Assembly: GCA_031367385.1 (NCBI GenBank)
Contig: JANLPS010000039.1
Span: 1-38,360, forward strand
DNA: 38,360 bases
Origin: Archangium sp.
GTDB taxonomy: Bacteria > Myxococcota > Myxococcia > Myxococcales > Myxococcaceae
Reading direction: 5' to 3'
The position numbers were made by a program, and so were the translations under genes. Below are positions 9,735-21,373 of this stretch, piece after piece; positions within the stretch are counted from its first letter, which is position 1, and every line of letters starts with the position of its first letter. The notes beneath the pieces were generated by a model. The model was not told where the DNA came from, did no database searches, and saw nothing but the letters and a program-made list of their open reading frames with translations.

Positions 9735-10498
9735 CAGTTCGGCTCTTTGACGAAGTCCAACGACACGACCTGCGCGCGCTCGATGGCTGGCGCGCCCGGG
9801 TTCGCGAGCAACGCCGACTCGACCTGGGCCGCCTTCACCGGAGCGTCAGAGAACACCGCGACCAGCTTCTCCGGGCCCGACACCTCGTCGAGCTCGACGG
9901 TGCTCGACAGCTCGACCTTCTTGGGGCCTTGATCGCCTTCGATCAGCGCCGACTCGGTCGCGCCGAAGGGGTGATACACGGTGAACGCGCCCTTCGCGTC
10001 TTGCGAGGCGATCATCACGTACTTGGCGCCGGCAGGGTTCACCACGAAGCGAATGCGGTCTTTCGGCTTCAAGGCCTGCCCGCGCTTCACCGCGAAGGCG
10101 TGCCCCTCAGCGCGCATCGCGAACACCTCGAGCACCGGCTGCGCACCCTTCACGCCCAGGTACGACTCGCCCGTTGGGCCCGACACCGCCGCGTACACCA
10201 CGAAGGCCGCGAGGCCCGCCGTCAACAACCCAAACGCGGGCATGAGCCACCGCAGGTCGAGCGGCCGGCGCATCGCACCACTCTCTTCGACGGCGGCCTC
10301 GACCTTCGGCAAGGTGCGCGCGAAGACGAACTGCTCGAAGCGCTGCTTGTCTTCGTTCACCTCTTGCCATCGGGTGTTGCACACGGTGCACGCCTCGAGG
10401 TGCGACTTGGCCGATGTCGACTCGGTCGAGTCGAGCGCAGAGAGCAACAGCATGTCGAGCGTCTCACTCGACAAGTGCCCGCGCAGGTTGGTGCTCAC
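9734..10498 (-). CDS. Zinc-binding anti-sigma factor with TM helix and DUF4384-like extracytoplasmic domain
   Basis: H...HLEACTVC (HxxxCxxC), TM WLMPAFGLLTAGLAAFVVYAAV, then GVKG and LKPKDRIRF beta domain; directly downstream of the ECF sigma gene. Confidence 0.8.
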   Translation of the reverse strand: MSTNLRGHLSSETLDMLLLSALDSTESTSAKSHLEACTVCNTRWQEVNEDKQRFEQFVFARTLPKVEAAVEESGAMRRPLDLRWLMPAFGLLTAGLAAFVVYAAVSGPTGESYLGVKGAQPVLEVFAMRAEGHAFAVKRGQALKPKDRIRFVVNPAGAKYVMIASQDAKGAFTVYHPFGATESALIEGDQGPKKVELSSTVELDEVSGPEKLVAVFSDAPVKAAQVESALLANPGAPAIERAQVVSLDFVKEPN

Positions 10499-11043
10499 GA
10501 AGGCACCTCGGAGCGCTCGCGGCTGACGAATTTCTTGCTGCGGTCGACGAACTCTTGCAGGCGGTTGATCACCGTTCTGCGCGAGATACCCAGGGTGCTG
10601 GCCACCTGCTCCTGCTCGAGGCCGTCGATGTAATACAGCACCGCCGCGGCCCTGATCTTCTCGGGCGAGCGCTCGACCAACCGCATCGCGAGGTCTCGAT
10701 CGAGCATCGCCGTCTCTCGATTTTCAGACAGCTCAGGCATGTCTTCGGGCGCCGTCGGCTCGGCCTGCCGCCCACGGTCACGCAGCTGGTTGAGACAGTA
10801 GTTGGTCGAAATTCGGTAGATCCACGACAACGCGGCGGCCTCATCGGGAGCTGATTCGATGTGGCGAAACACGCGCACGAAGACCTCCTGCGTGGCGTCT
10901 TCCGCGAGGGCGTCGTCTTTCAACAGGCGACGGCACCGCGAGTAGATCGCCGGACCAAATTTTCGGTAGAGGGCTGCTGCCCGTACCCTGTGGTCAACCC
11001 CGCTCGGCGACACCGTGTGCAACCTTTCGAAAGAAGCAGTCAT
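10495..11043 (-). CDS. ECF RNA polymerase sigma factor
   Basis: Region 2 ([21 protein letters not shown]) and region 4 ([14 protein letters not shown]). Confidence 0.92.
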   Translation of the reverse strand: MTASFERLHTVSPSGVDHRVRAAALYRKFGPAIYSRCRRLLKDDALAEDATQEVFVRVFRHIESAPDEAAALSWIYRISTNYCLNQLRDRGRQAEPTAPEDMPELSENRETAMLDRDLAMRLVERSPEKIRAAAVLYYIDGLEQEQVASTLGISRRTVINRLQEFVDRSKKFVSRERSEVPS

Positions 11044-11190
11044 CGGCCACGCCCGCGGCCAACTGCGACATGGCCATACACCGCCCCGACCAACGGGGGG
11101 AAGGGCGGCAATGCATTGATTTCGCTCGAAAATCGTGGCTCCTCATCGGTCAGCGCAGCTGCTTTGAGCCCAGTGCGGTATACGCGCGGC

Positions 11191-12609
11191 ATGTGCGGCG
11201 TCTTCGGCATCTTCGGACATGAGGAAGCAGCGAATTTGGCCTACTTGGGGCTGCATGCCCTGCAGCACCGCGGCCAGGAGTCGGGTGGCATCGTCGCCAG
11301 TGACGGTCGAATGCTCCGCTCGTTTCGAGGCATGGGCCACGTCGCCGAGGTCTTCACCGAGCCGGTGATCGCCAAGCTCGAGGGCAACTCGGCCATCGGC
11401 CATGTGCGGTATTCGACCGCGGGCGGCAGCCACCTTCGCAACGCCCAGCCGCTCCAGGTCTCGTTCGTCGGAGGCGGCCTCGCGGTCGCCCACAACGGCA
11501 ACTTCGTCAACGCCGACTCGGCCCGCCGTGGCCTCGAGACGCAGGGCGCGATTTTTCAGAGCGACGCCGACACCGAAAACGTCATTCACTACATCGCTCG
11601 CTCGAAGGCGCCGACGCTCGAGGGCAAGGTCACCGAGGCGCTCAAGCTGCTCGATGGCGCGTATAGCTTGTTGTTTCTGACCGAGACGCAGCTCATCGCC
11701 GTGCGAGACCCGATCGGGTTTCGGCCTCTGGTGTTGGGCAAGCTCAAGGGCGCCTACGTCATCGCGTCAGAGACCACCGCGCTCAACTTGATCGAAGCCG
11801 AATATCTGCGTGAGCTCGAGCCGGGAGAAATGATCGTCATCGACGAGAAGGGGCTTCGTTCGAGCTTCCCTTTTGCCAAGAAGAGCCCGGGCCGCTGCGT
11901 GTTCGAGATGGTGTACTTCGCGCGCCCTGATTCGACGGTCTTCGGCCGCTCGGTGTTCGATACCCGAAAGAAATTGGGCCGGCAGCTGGCCATCGAGCAA
12001 CCCGCCGAGGCCGACGTGGTCATCGCGGTGCCTGACTCCGGAGTCGCCTCGGCGATCGGCTTCGCTGAGCAAAGCGGCATACCCTTCGACATCGGGTTGA
12101 TTCGCAGCCACTACGTCGGCCGCACCTTCATCGAGCCGCAGCAGTCGATTCGGCACTTCGGGGTGAAGCTCAAGTTGGCGCCGGTGCGCGCCACGCTCGA
12201 GGGCAAACGGGTGGTGGTGGTCGACGATTCCATCGTTCGAGGCACGACCTCTCGAAAGATCGTGAAGATGCTCAAAGACTCGGGGGCGCGAGAAGTGCAC
12301 CTGCGCATCGCGAGCCCACCGACGACCTGGCCCTGCTACTACGGCATCGATACGCCCAGCCGCAAAGAGCTGATCGCCGCCTCGCACACCACCGACGAAA
12401 TCGCGCGGTACGTCACCGCTGACTCACTCGGGTACCTCTCGCTCACCGGGCTCAACACCGCCGCCGGTGACCCCGAGGGTCGCACCTACTGCTCGGCCTG
12501 TTTCAGCGGCAAGTATCTCACTCCGCTCAGCGAGCCCGCCGCCGCGTCACCGCCGCAAGCCCATTTCGCCGAGGAGCCCCCGCCGCCTCCTCTGCCAGCG
12601 CACACGTAA
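11191..12609 (+). CDS. purF: Amidophosphoribosyltransferase
   Basis: MCGVFG N-terminal nucleophile, [30 protein letters not shown] loop, Fe-S cysteines (CVFE, PCYYG, CSAC). Confidence 0.97.
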   Translation: MCGVFGIFGHEEAANLAYLGLHALQHRGQESGGIVASDGRMLRSFRGMGHVAEVFTEPVIAKLEGNSAIGHVRYSTAGGSHLRNAQPLQVSFVGGGLAVAHNGNFVNADSARRGLETQGAIFQSDADTENVIHYIARSKAPTLEGKVTEALKLLDGAYSLLFLTETQLIAVRDPIGFRPLVLGKLKGAYVIASETTALNLIEAEYLRELEPGEMIVIDEKGLRSSFPFAKKSPGRCVFEMVYFARPDSTVFGRSVFDTRKKLGRQLAIEQPAEADVVIAVPDSGVASAIGFAEQSGIPFDIGLIRSHYVGRTFIEPQQSIRHFGVKLKLAPVRATLEGKRVVVVDDSIVRGTTSRKIVKMLKDSGAREVHLRIASPPTTWPCYYGIDTPSRKELIAASHTTDEIARYVTADSLGYLSLTGLNTAAGDPEGRTYCSACFSGKYLTPLSEPAAASPPQAHFAEEPPPPPLPAHT

Positions 12610-12620
12610 AGGGTCGTACC

Positions 12621-13124
12621 GTGAAACGCATTCTCGTTCTGTTCATTGTTTGCGCCTGCTTGGGCCCAGCGACCACCGACGCTCCTTCGATTGCCCTCGG
12701 CTCTGATCAAGCGGTCGCCGGGCAACTCACGGTGATGCTCGAGCCACACGGCCCGTCGGTGACCCGCACGGTGACCATCTACAACAACAGCACCTGCGTG
12801 CTCAGCTTCACGTCGGCCGTCGAAGACACGTGGATGAGCGCGGCCCCCGCGACCGGCACCATCGACGCAAACGGCACCGCGGTGGTGACCGTGACCATCA
12901 ACTCGAGTGACAGCACCGGCGCCCTGGTTCCCGGTATTTTTCTTGGCACCCTCGATATCACCGCCACGTGCCAAGCGACGGGGAAGGCGGTGATTGGTTC
13001 TCCGGCGGCGGTGGCAATCACGGTCGTCGTTGCTCCAGTCGATGCGGGCACGATCAAGGTCGACGGCGGCACGCTCGATGGCGGCACGCTCGATGGCGGC
13101 ACGCTCGACTCGGGTGTGAAGTAG
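12621..13124 (+). CDS. Exported BACON/Ig-like domain protein with C-terminal DGGTL repeats
   Basis: Hydrophobic N-terminus, W.SAAPATGTI...VTVT beta pattern, terminal repeats. Confidence 0.6.
   Translation: MKRILVLFIVCACLGPATTDAPSIALGSDQAVAGQLTVMLEPHGPSVTRTVTIYNNSTCVLSFTSAVEDTWMSAAPATGTIDANGTAVVTVTINSSDSTGALVPGIFLGTLDITATCQATGKAVIGSPAAVAITVVVAPVDAGTIKVDGGTLDGGTLDGGTLDSGVK
13062..13106 (+). repeat. 3 x 15-bp coding tandem repeat (DGGTL)
   Basis: GAYGGCGGCACGCTC three times in tandem. Confidence 0.9.
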
Positions 13125-13129
13125 CTCGT

Positions 13130-13951
13130 TCAGGCCTGGTGCTTCAACGCACGTCGAATCGAGAGCACGTCGGTGATGGTCTTCTCGAAGAGCTCGAAGG
13201 TCAGCGAGCAGGGCCCATCGCACAACGCCTGATCAGGGTTCTCGTGCACCTCGGTGAACAACGCATCGATGCCCGCTGCGGCTGCTGAGCGGGCGAGGAG
13301 GGTGACGAACTTTCGTTCTCCGGCCGTTTCGCCATCTCCGGCGCTGGGCAACTGCACGGAGTGCGTCGCGTCGAAGCACACCGCCAGGCCCGCCTCGCGC
13401 ATCAGCCCCAGCCCACGCATGTCGACCACCAGGTTGTTGTAGCCGAAGGTGGCGCCGCGCTCGGTGACCAGCACGTTGTGATTGCCCGAGTCGAACGCCT
13501 TCTTCGCCTGGTGCAGCATGTCTTTGGGCGCGATGAACTGGCCCTTCTTCAAGTTGACGCCCTTGCCCGTCTTCGCCACCGCGACCACCAGGTCGGTCTG
13601 GCGGCACAGAAACGCTGGCACCTGAATGATGTCGGCCACCTCGGCCACCGCCGCCACCTGAGAGATCTCGTGCACGTCGGTGAGAATCGAGACGCCGATC
13701 TCTTGCTTGACTCGCTTGAGCACGCGCAGGCCTTCGCTCAACCCGGGCCCGCGGTACGACTTGATGCTGGTGCGGTTGGCCTTGTCGAAGCTGCACTTGA
13801 AGGCGAAGGGCACTCCCAGCGTGGCGCACAAGGTCTTGAGCCGGGCGGCGTGTCGCAGGGTGAAGTCTTCAGACTCGATGACGTCGGGGCCGGCGATGAC
13901 GAGCAGCGGCAACCCTTGGCCGACCTGGTGGCCTGCGAGCGTGATGGGCAT
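13130..13951 (-). CDS. kdsA: KDO-8-phosphate synthase
   Basis: SFDKANRTS, QVPAFLCRQTDL, NLKKGQF, ERGATFGYNNLVVD, FDATHSVQ, CDG. Confidence 0.97.
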   Translation of the reverse strand: MPITLAGHQVGQGLPLLVIAGPDVIESEDFTLRHAARLKTLCATLGVPFAFKCSFDKANRTSIKSYRGPGLSEGLRVLKRVKQEIGVSILTDVHEISQVAAVAEVADIIQVPAFLCRQTDLVVAVAKTGKGVNLKKGQFIAPKDMLHQAKKAFDSGNHNVLVTERGATFGYNNLVVDMRGLGLMREAGLAVCFDATHSVQLPSAGDGETAGERKFVTLLARSAAAAGIDALFTEVHENPDQALCDGPCSLTFELFEKTITDVLSIRRALKHQA

Positions 13952-14014
13952 TGTGGCCAGCCTCTATACCAAACGTGACGCGCGCGCCTTTTGAAGGTGA
14001 TACGTGCGGCGGTC

Positions 14015-14764
14015 ATGGCTGCTGAAGGTGCTCTTACGTTGACGCTCGTGATGCCGGTCTACAACGAGCTGCAGACCCTGCCTGAGATCATTCGCCGGGT
14101 GATGCAGCTCGATGTCGCGAAGGAGCTGATCATCGTCGATGACTTCAGCACCGACGGCTCGCGCGAGCTGCTCGAAGCCGTCGCCGCCAAGGGCCTCGAC
14201 GCGATCGATTTTCACGGCGTCACCAAGCGCAACCGCTGCGATGTGAAGGTGCTCTTGCAGCCGACGAATCAAGGCAAGGGCGCAGCGCTGAAGGCCGGCT
14301 TCGCGGCGGCGCGCGGCGACATCGTGATGGTTCAAGACGCTGATCTCGAATACGACCCCCGCGACATCCCCCGGTTGATCAGACCCATTCTCGAGGGCAA
14401 CGCCGACGTGGTGTTCGGCAGCCGGTTCATCGGTGAGACCCGGCGGGTGCTCTACTTCTGGCACATGGTGCTCAACAAAGGCCTGACCCTGTTCTCGAAC
14501 ATGGCCACCGGCCTCAATCTCACCGACATGGAGACTTGCTACAAAGCCTTTCGCCGCGAGGTGCTTCAAGGCTTCGAGCTCAAAGAAACCCGCTTCGGCA
14601 TCGAGCCTGAGCTCACCGCGCGCGTCGGCCGGGCTAACGTTCGCGTCTACGAAGTGCCGATCAGCTACTTCGGCCGCACCTACGAAGAAGGAAAGAAGAT
14701 CGGGTGGAAAGACGGCGTCAGGGCCATCTGGGCGGTCGCAAAATATGGTGTCCTCCGCCGCTGA
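14015..14764 (+). CDS. Glycosyltransferase family 2 (polyprenol-phosphate sugar synthase-like)
   Basis: MPVYNE, IVDDFSTDGS, NQGKGAAL, QDADLEYDP, TDMETCYK, GKKIGWKDG. Confidence 0.9.
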   Translation: MAAEGALTLTLVMPVYNELQTLPEIIRRVMQLDVAKELIIVDDFSTDGSRELLEAVAAKGLDAIDFHGVTKRNRCDVKVLLQPTNQGKGAALKAGFAAARGDIVMVQDADLEYDPRDIPRLIRPILEGNADVVFGSRFIGETRRVLYFWHMVLNKGLTLFSNMATGLNLTDMETCYKAFRREVLQGFELKETRFGIEPELTARVGRANVRVYEVPISYFGRTYEEGKKIGWKDGVRAIWAVAKYGVLRR

Positions 14765-14875
14765 TCTGGATAATCGCTGCACCACTGGAGTGCGCACGCG
14801 TGTTTACAGGTGCCGCTAACCCCTTGGATCAGGCCGAAACAGCAGGTGGCACGGGGCGTGGAGTACATGTCACAC

Positions 14876-15160
14876 ATGAACCGCATCGCCCTTGCCCTCG
14901 CCGTGTTTGCCGCCTCAGTCGCCCTGGCTTCTCCCAAGCAGATTTCGATGCCCGTGGGTCACACCACCACGGTCTCGATGCCTTCGTCGGTCACCCGGGT
15001 GAAGGCCGATGACGCCTCGCTGGTTGAAGTTCGCCGCGAGGGCCGCAAGGTCACCATCGTCGGTCGCTCCAAGGGCACCACCGACGTGACGGTCACCACG
15101 GCCGATGGCGAGACCAAGCTTCACGTGTACGTCGCTTCAGATCGCTTCGGCCTGCCGTAA
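14876..15160 (+). CDS. Small exported protein resembling the pilus secretin (CpaC/RcpA) N-terminal domain
   Basis: Signal peptide plus VTRV...D..LVEV....VTIVG...GTTDVTV pattern; start could be 14867. Confidence 0.7.
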   Translation: MNRIALALAVFAASVALASPKQISMPVGHTTTVSMPSSVTRVKADDASLVEVRREGRKVTIVGRSKGTTDVTVTTADGETKLHVYVASDRFGLP

Positions 15161-15187
15161 GCCAGTTCGGCTAGCGTTCTCGCCGCT

Positions 15188-16555
15188 ATGGCTCGAACCT
15201 GCCCGCGCGACGGCGCAACTCTGCAGCAGACGGCCGGGGTCTTCGGGCACGAGACCTCGGCTTTTTCATGCCCGAAGTGCGGTGGCGTGCAAGCCGACTG
15301 GGCCGTCGCGCAGTCACTGTTCGCTTCGCTGAACCTGACCCTGTCTGAGCTGCAGGCCGCGGTGAAGAAGGCCGAGGCCGTGCCGGGCCGCACTGACCCG
15401 ATGCCGTGCCCCGCCTGCAGCAATGGGCAGCTCAAGCCGTTTCGCGTGAAGGGTGTCGAGCTCGACCTGTGCGCTGACTGCGGCGCGACCTGGTTCGATC
15501 GCTCAGAGCTCTCGCGCATCACCAAGGGCCGGCTGGGAGGCACGCACGCTGAGATTGCGGCGCCCGCACTCCAAGCCAACGAGCGCGTCGTCGGCGTGTA
15601 CGAGATGCTGTGGGACTGCGCGTATTGCGACACCAAGGGGCTGCTCGGGGCCTCGAATCGGTTCTGCCCTCAATGCGGAGCGGCACAAGACGCAGACCGC
15701 CGCTACTTCCCTCCCCCCGGCAAAGAGGTGGCCTCCAACCACGCCTTCGACGGCGCCGACGTCACCTGCCCAGCATGCAGCACACCCAACGGGGTGAAGG
15801 CCGTTCATTGTCGGCAGTGCGGCAGCCCGCTCGATGGCTCGGTCTCGGTCACGCAGCTCACCGATCGCGGCTCTCCTGCGCCAGCGGCGATGGCTCTGGC
15901 GTCGTCGACCGGTCGTCGTCGCAAATGGCCGTGGGTCGTCGGTGTCGTCGGCGCGATGCTGGTGAGCTTCTGCGGAGTCGCCAAGTTCTGGACCAAGAGC
16001 GCCAACGCCACGGTGACCTCACACCGCTGGAGTCGATCGATCGACGTCGAGGGCATGGCCGCGCGCCCCGACACATCGTGGTGCGATTCAATGCCGAGCG
16101 ATGCCTACGGCGTCTCTCGCCACCGCGAGCAACGCTCGACCAATCGCATACCCGATGGCCAAACCTGCAGCACCCGAGACGTCGACCGCGGCAATGGCAC
16201 CTTCGAGCGCCGGCAGGAATGCACCACCAAGTACCGTGAAGAACCCGTCTACGACGACCGGTGCACCTACACCGTCAACCGCTGGCAGACGATTCGAACC
16301 CTCAACTCAGCGGGGCAGGGGCTCGCGATGGAGCCAGTGTGGCCCGCCGTGAAGCTCGGAGCGCTCGGCAGTTGTCTTGGGTGTGAGCGCGAAGGGCCGC
16401 GGCACGAGAGCTACGAGCTCACCCTCGAGGGCCCCAAGCATGAGCCGTGGTCGTGCAAAATACCCGCTTCGAAATGGCAGTCGCTTCACGACGGCGAGTC
16501 ACACGAGGTCAAGGTCAGCGTGATTCTCGGGTCGGTCGACTGCAGCTCGCTGTGA
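15188..16555 (+). CDS. Multi-zinc-ribbon membrane protein
   Basis: CPRD, CPKC, CPAC, CADC, CAYC, CPQC, CPAC, CRQC; one TM (WPWVVGVVGAMLVSF); Cys-containing C-terminal domain. Confidence 0.7.
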   Translation: MARTCPRDGATLQQTAGVFGHETSAFSCPKCGGVQADWAVAQSLFASLNLTLSELQAAVKKAEAVPGRTDPMPCPACSNGQLKPFRVKGVELDLCADCGATWFDRSELSRITKGRLGGTHAEIAAPALQANERVVGVYEMLWDCAYCDTKGLLGASNRFCPQCGAAQDADRRYFPPPGKEVASNHAFDGADVTCPACSTPNGVKAVHCRQCGSPLDGSVSVTQLTDRGSPAPAAMALASSTGRRRKWPWVVGVVGAMLVSFCGVAKFWTKSANATVTSHRWSRSIDVEGMAARPDTSWCDSMPSDAYGVSRHREQRSTNRIPDGQTCSTRDVDRGNGTFERRQECTTKYREEPVYDDRCTYTVNRWQTIRTLNSAGQGLAMEPVWPAVKLGALGSCLGCEREGPRHESYELTLEGPKHEPWSCKIPASKWQSLHDGESHEVKVSVILGSVDCSSL

Positions 16556-16556
16556 T

Positions 16557-18044
16557 TTAGAGCTCGACTTTCTTCTCGGCGAAGTTGGTGCCGTCATGGC
16601 GCAGCATCAGGGTCTTGCCTTCTCCCTTGGTGACGATGGCCACCGGCCGCCGCCAAATGGTCTGCAGGTTCTTGAGGGTCTCTTTCGAGTAGTTCGGGTC
16701 GAGGTCGACGCCTTCGTGACGGTGGTTGAGCACCAGCTCACCCTTGTTCTCGTAGTTCGCGTCGACCACGTCGATGACCGGCTGGCCGAAGTTGGTCAGC
16801 TGCTGCAGCAACTTGTTCTTCACCTTCTTGAACTCGCGGGTGGCGATCTCCCAGGTGTTCTTTTTGTCGTTGAAGTTGAAGACGAACAGCTTCTGCTCGA
16901 TGGCGAACTCAGGCGTGAGAAACTCATCGATGAAGGTGATGTCGTTGTAGTGCTTGCGAACCTCGAAGATCTTCTCGCGGCCTCCGCCGAGGTTCTTGTT
17001 CCAGTTTCGGCGGGCGCGCAGATCGTCGCACTCGTCCCATTCTTTGCCGTAGCGACCTTTGTTCCACCGGTCTTCGATGTCGCGAAACAGCTCGATGCCC
17101 AGCTTGTAGGGGTTCAGCTTGCCCTGCTGCGTGGCCATCGTGCCCGAGTGGTGATCGGCGTAGTCGATGATTTCGTGATCTCGCAGCGCTTTGGTCGTCA
17201 TGATCGTCGAGTGCCAATAGCTGGCCCACCCTTCGTTCATGATCTTCGTCTGACCCTGCGGAGCGAAGTAGTACGCCTCTTCGCGCACCAGGCTCAAGAT
17301 TTCGCGCTCCCAGTCTTCGAGGGGCGCGTGCTCGAGCAAGAAGGCCAGCACATCGCGCTGCGGCCGCTCGGGAAAACGCTTGGCCAATACCTTCTCGGCC
17401 TCGACCTTCTTCTGCTGCTGTTGCACGAACTCGGTCGGGTTCATGTACGGCCGCATGTATTCTTTGTCGACCCGAATGCCCTCGGCGATCTTGTTGATCT
17501 GCTCCTTGGCGATCTTCGGGTCGGGCGTGCGGCGAATGTGCGGTGCGTGCTGATCGATCAGGTTTTCGAGCGAGAGACAGACATCGACGAACTCCTCGAC
17601 CTTCTCGACGCCGATCTTGTCGATCGAGCGGCGCACGCGGGTCGCGTGGTTAGCCATCTCGTCGACCATTTTTCGATTGGTGAACTTGAACGAGAAGTTG
17701 TTCTTGAAGAAGTCGTTGTGGCCGTACACGTGCGCCATCACCAGCTTCTGGTCGACCTCGGGGTTGGCCTCGAGCAGGTAGGCGAAGCAGGGGTTGTTGT
17801 TGATTACCAACTCGTAGATCTTCGAGAGCCCATACTCCGAGCTCTTCGAGAGCTGCTCGTACTCCATGCCCCACCGCCAATGCGGGTACCGGGTGGGAAA
17901 ACCGCCGTACGCCGCGACCATGTTCAGCTCGTCGGTCGAGAGCATCTCGAAGATCGTCTCGAAGATGTCGAGCCCGTAGGCCTTCGCGTAGCCCTCGATC
18001 TCGACCTTCAGGTCATGCAGCCGCGGAGTCAGTGACTTGGGCAT
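16557..18044 (-). CDS. spoVR: SpoVR family protein
   Basis: GFPTRYPHW, YELVINNNPC, AHVYGHNDFF, TKIMNEGWASYWH, NPYKLG. Confidence 0.92.
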   Translation of the reverse strand: MPKSLTPRLHDLKVEIEGYAKAYGLDIFETIFEMLSTDELNMVAAYGGFPTRYPHWRWGMEYEQLSKSSEYGLSKIYELVINNNPCFAYLLEANPEVDQKLVMAHVYGHNDFFKNNFSFKFTNRKMVDEMANHATRVRRSIDKIGVEKVEEFVDVCLSLENLIDQHAPHIRRTPDPKIAKEQINKIAEGIRVDKEYMRPYMNPTEFVQQQQKKVEAEKVLAKRFPERPQRDVLAFLLEHAPLEDWEREILSLVREEAYYFAPQGQTKIMNEGWASYWHSTIMTTKALRDHEIIDYADHHSGTMATQQGKLNPYKLGIELFRDIEDRWNKGRYGKEWDECDDLRARRNWNKNLGGGREKIFEVRKHYNDITFIDEFLTPEFAIEQKLFVFNFNDKKNTWEIATREFKKVKNKLLQQLTNFGQPVIDVVDANYENKGELVLNHRHEGVDLDPNYSKETLKNLQTIWRRPVAIVTKGEGKTLMLRHDGTNFAEKKVEL

Positions 18045-18049
18045 GGTGG

Positions 18050-19162
18050 TTAGCGCCCCTTCCCCAAGAAGTCTTTGATGCTCGTGTAGATGCCGTCTTT
18101 GTCGGCGATCTCCGAGAGGGCCATGCGCTCGTTGCCCCCCAGGTGCTCGCGCAGGTCTTTGATGAACTGCCCAGACCCGTAGGGCGACTCGACCTGCCCA
18201 TACGCAAACTGATTCACCGCGGGGATGATCTCGTTCTTCAGCACGTCGACGCACAGCCGGGTGTCATCGGCCGACCAGTTGTCGCCGTCAGAAAAGTGAA
18301 AGGGGTAGATGTTCCAACTGCTGCTGGGGTAGTCGGCCTTGATGATGTCTCGGCACAGCTTGTACGCGCTGCTGATCATCGTGCCGCCCGATTCACGCGT
18401 GTGAAAAAACGTGTCTCGGTCGACCTCGCGGGCCACTGCGTCGTGAATCACGTAGCGGGTCTCGAGGCCTTTGTACTGATGACGCAGCCAGGTATCGAGC
18501 CAGAAGCTCTCGATGCGCACGATCTCCTTCTGCTCGTCTCCCATCGAGCCCGACACGTCCATCATGTAAATGATGACCGCGTTGGTCTCGGGCAGGTTCT
18601 CGAGCTTGTAGGTGCGGTACCGAATGTCTTCTTTGATGGGTATGATGATTGGCCGCTCGGCGTCGTAGGTGCCGGTCGAAATCTGCCGCTTGAGCGCCTG
18701 CTTGAAGCTGCGTTTGAAGTGCCGCAGTGACTGCGGGCCCTGGGTGTTGATGCCGGTGTACTTGACGCGGGTGGTGACGACCTTGTCGCTGCCTTTGCGC
18801 TCGATGTTCGGTAGCTGCAGCTCTTCGCCCAAGATTTGCGCCAGCTCTTCGAGCGAGACGTCGACCTCGAGCACGTGCTGGCCTTCGCCCTCGCCAGCCT
18901 TGCCGTTGCCGTCGCCCGGCTGCGGAGGCCCCTGCCCAATGCTCTGCCCCGGCTCGCCTTCGCCTTGACCAACACCACCTGACTCTCGCGAGCCATATTT
19001 GAAGTGAGGCACGTCAATGAACGGCACAGGAATCGAGATGAATTCCTTGCCCTTCTTACCGAGCATTTCGCCCTGCTGAACGTACTTCTTCAGGTTCTGT
19101 TTGATCTTGCCGCGAACGATTTGTTTGAAGCGGCTGTGATCTTGGTCAATGCGAAGGGCCAC
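18050..19162 (-). CDS. DUF444 (YeaH/YhbH) family protein
   Basis: Gly-rich linker, [27 protein letters not shown]; lies between prkA and spoVR. Confidence 0.92.
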   Translation of the reverse strand: MALRIDQDHSRFKQIVRGKIKQNLKKYVQQGEMLGKKGKEFISIPVPFIDVPHFKYGSRESGGVGQGEGEPGQSIGQGPPQPGDGNGKAGEGEGQHVLEVDVSLEELAQILGEELQLPNIERKGSDKVVTTRVKYTGINTQGPQSLRHFKRSFKQALKRQISTGTYDAERPIIIPIKEDIRYRTYKLENLPETNAVIIYMMDVSGSMGDEQKEIVRIESFWLDTWLRHQYKGLETRYVIHDAVAREVDRDTFFHTRESGGTMISSAYKLCRDIIKADYPSSSWNIYPFHFSDGDNWSADDTRLCVDVLKNEIIPAVNQFAYGQVESPYGSGQFIKDLREHLGGNERMALSEIADKDGIYTSIKDFLGKGR

Positions 19163-19164
19163 TG

Positions 19165-21234
<2,070 letters not shown>

Positions 21235-21373
21235 GCGTTTGAGTTCCCCGTTCTGCGAACTTTGATGAAAATGAAGAGGCCCCGGTCGCGGAGTCGGACC
21301 GCGTTACGCTCGGGGCAAAGCTGTTGTCGATTGTCGCTCGTCTGACTCTTTCGCGCCAGAACGTGGGCCAAGG

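Noticed and set aside
14846..14862. Sigma-54 promoter TGGCACGGGGCGTGG
   Set aside because: Good -24 box, but -12 is GG rather than GC and it lies almost on the start codon.
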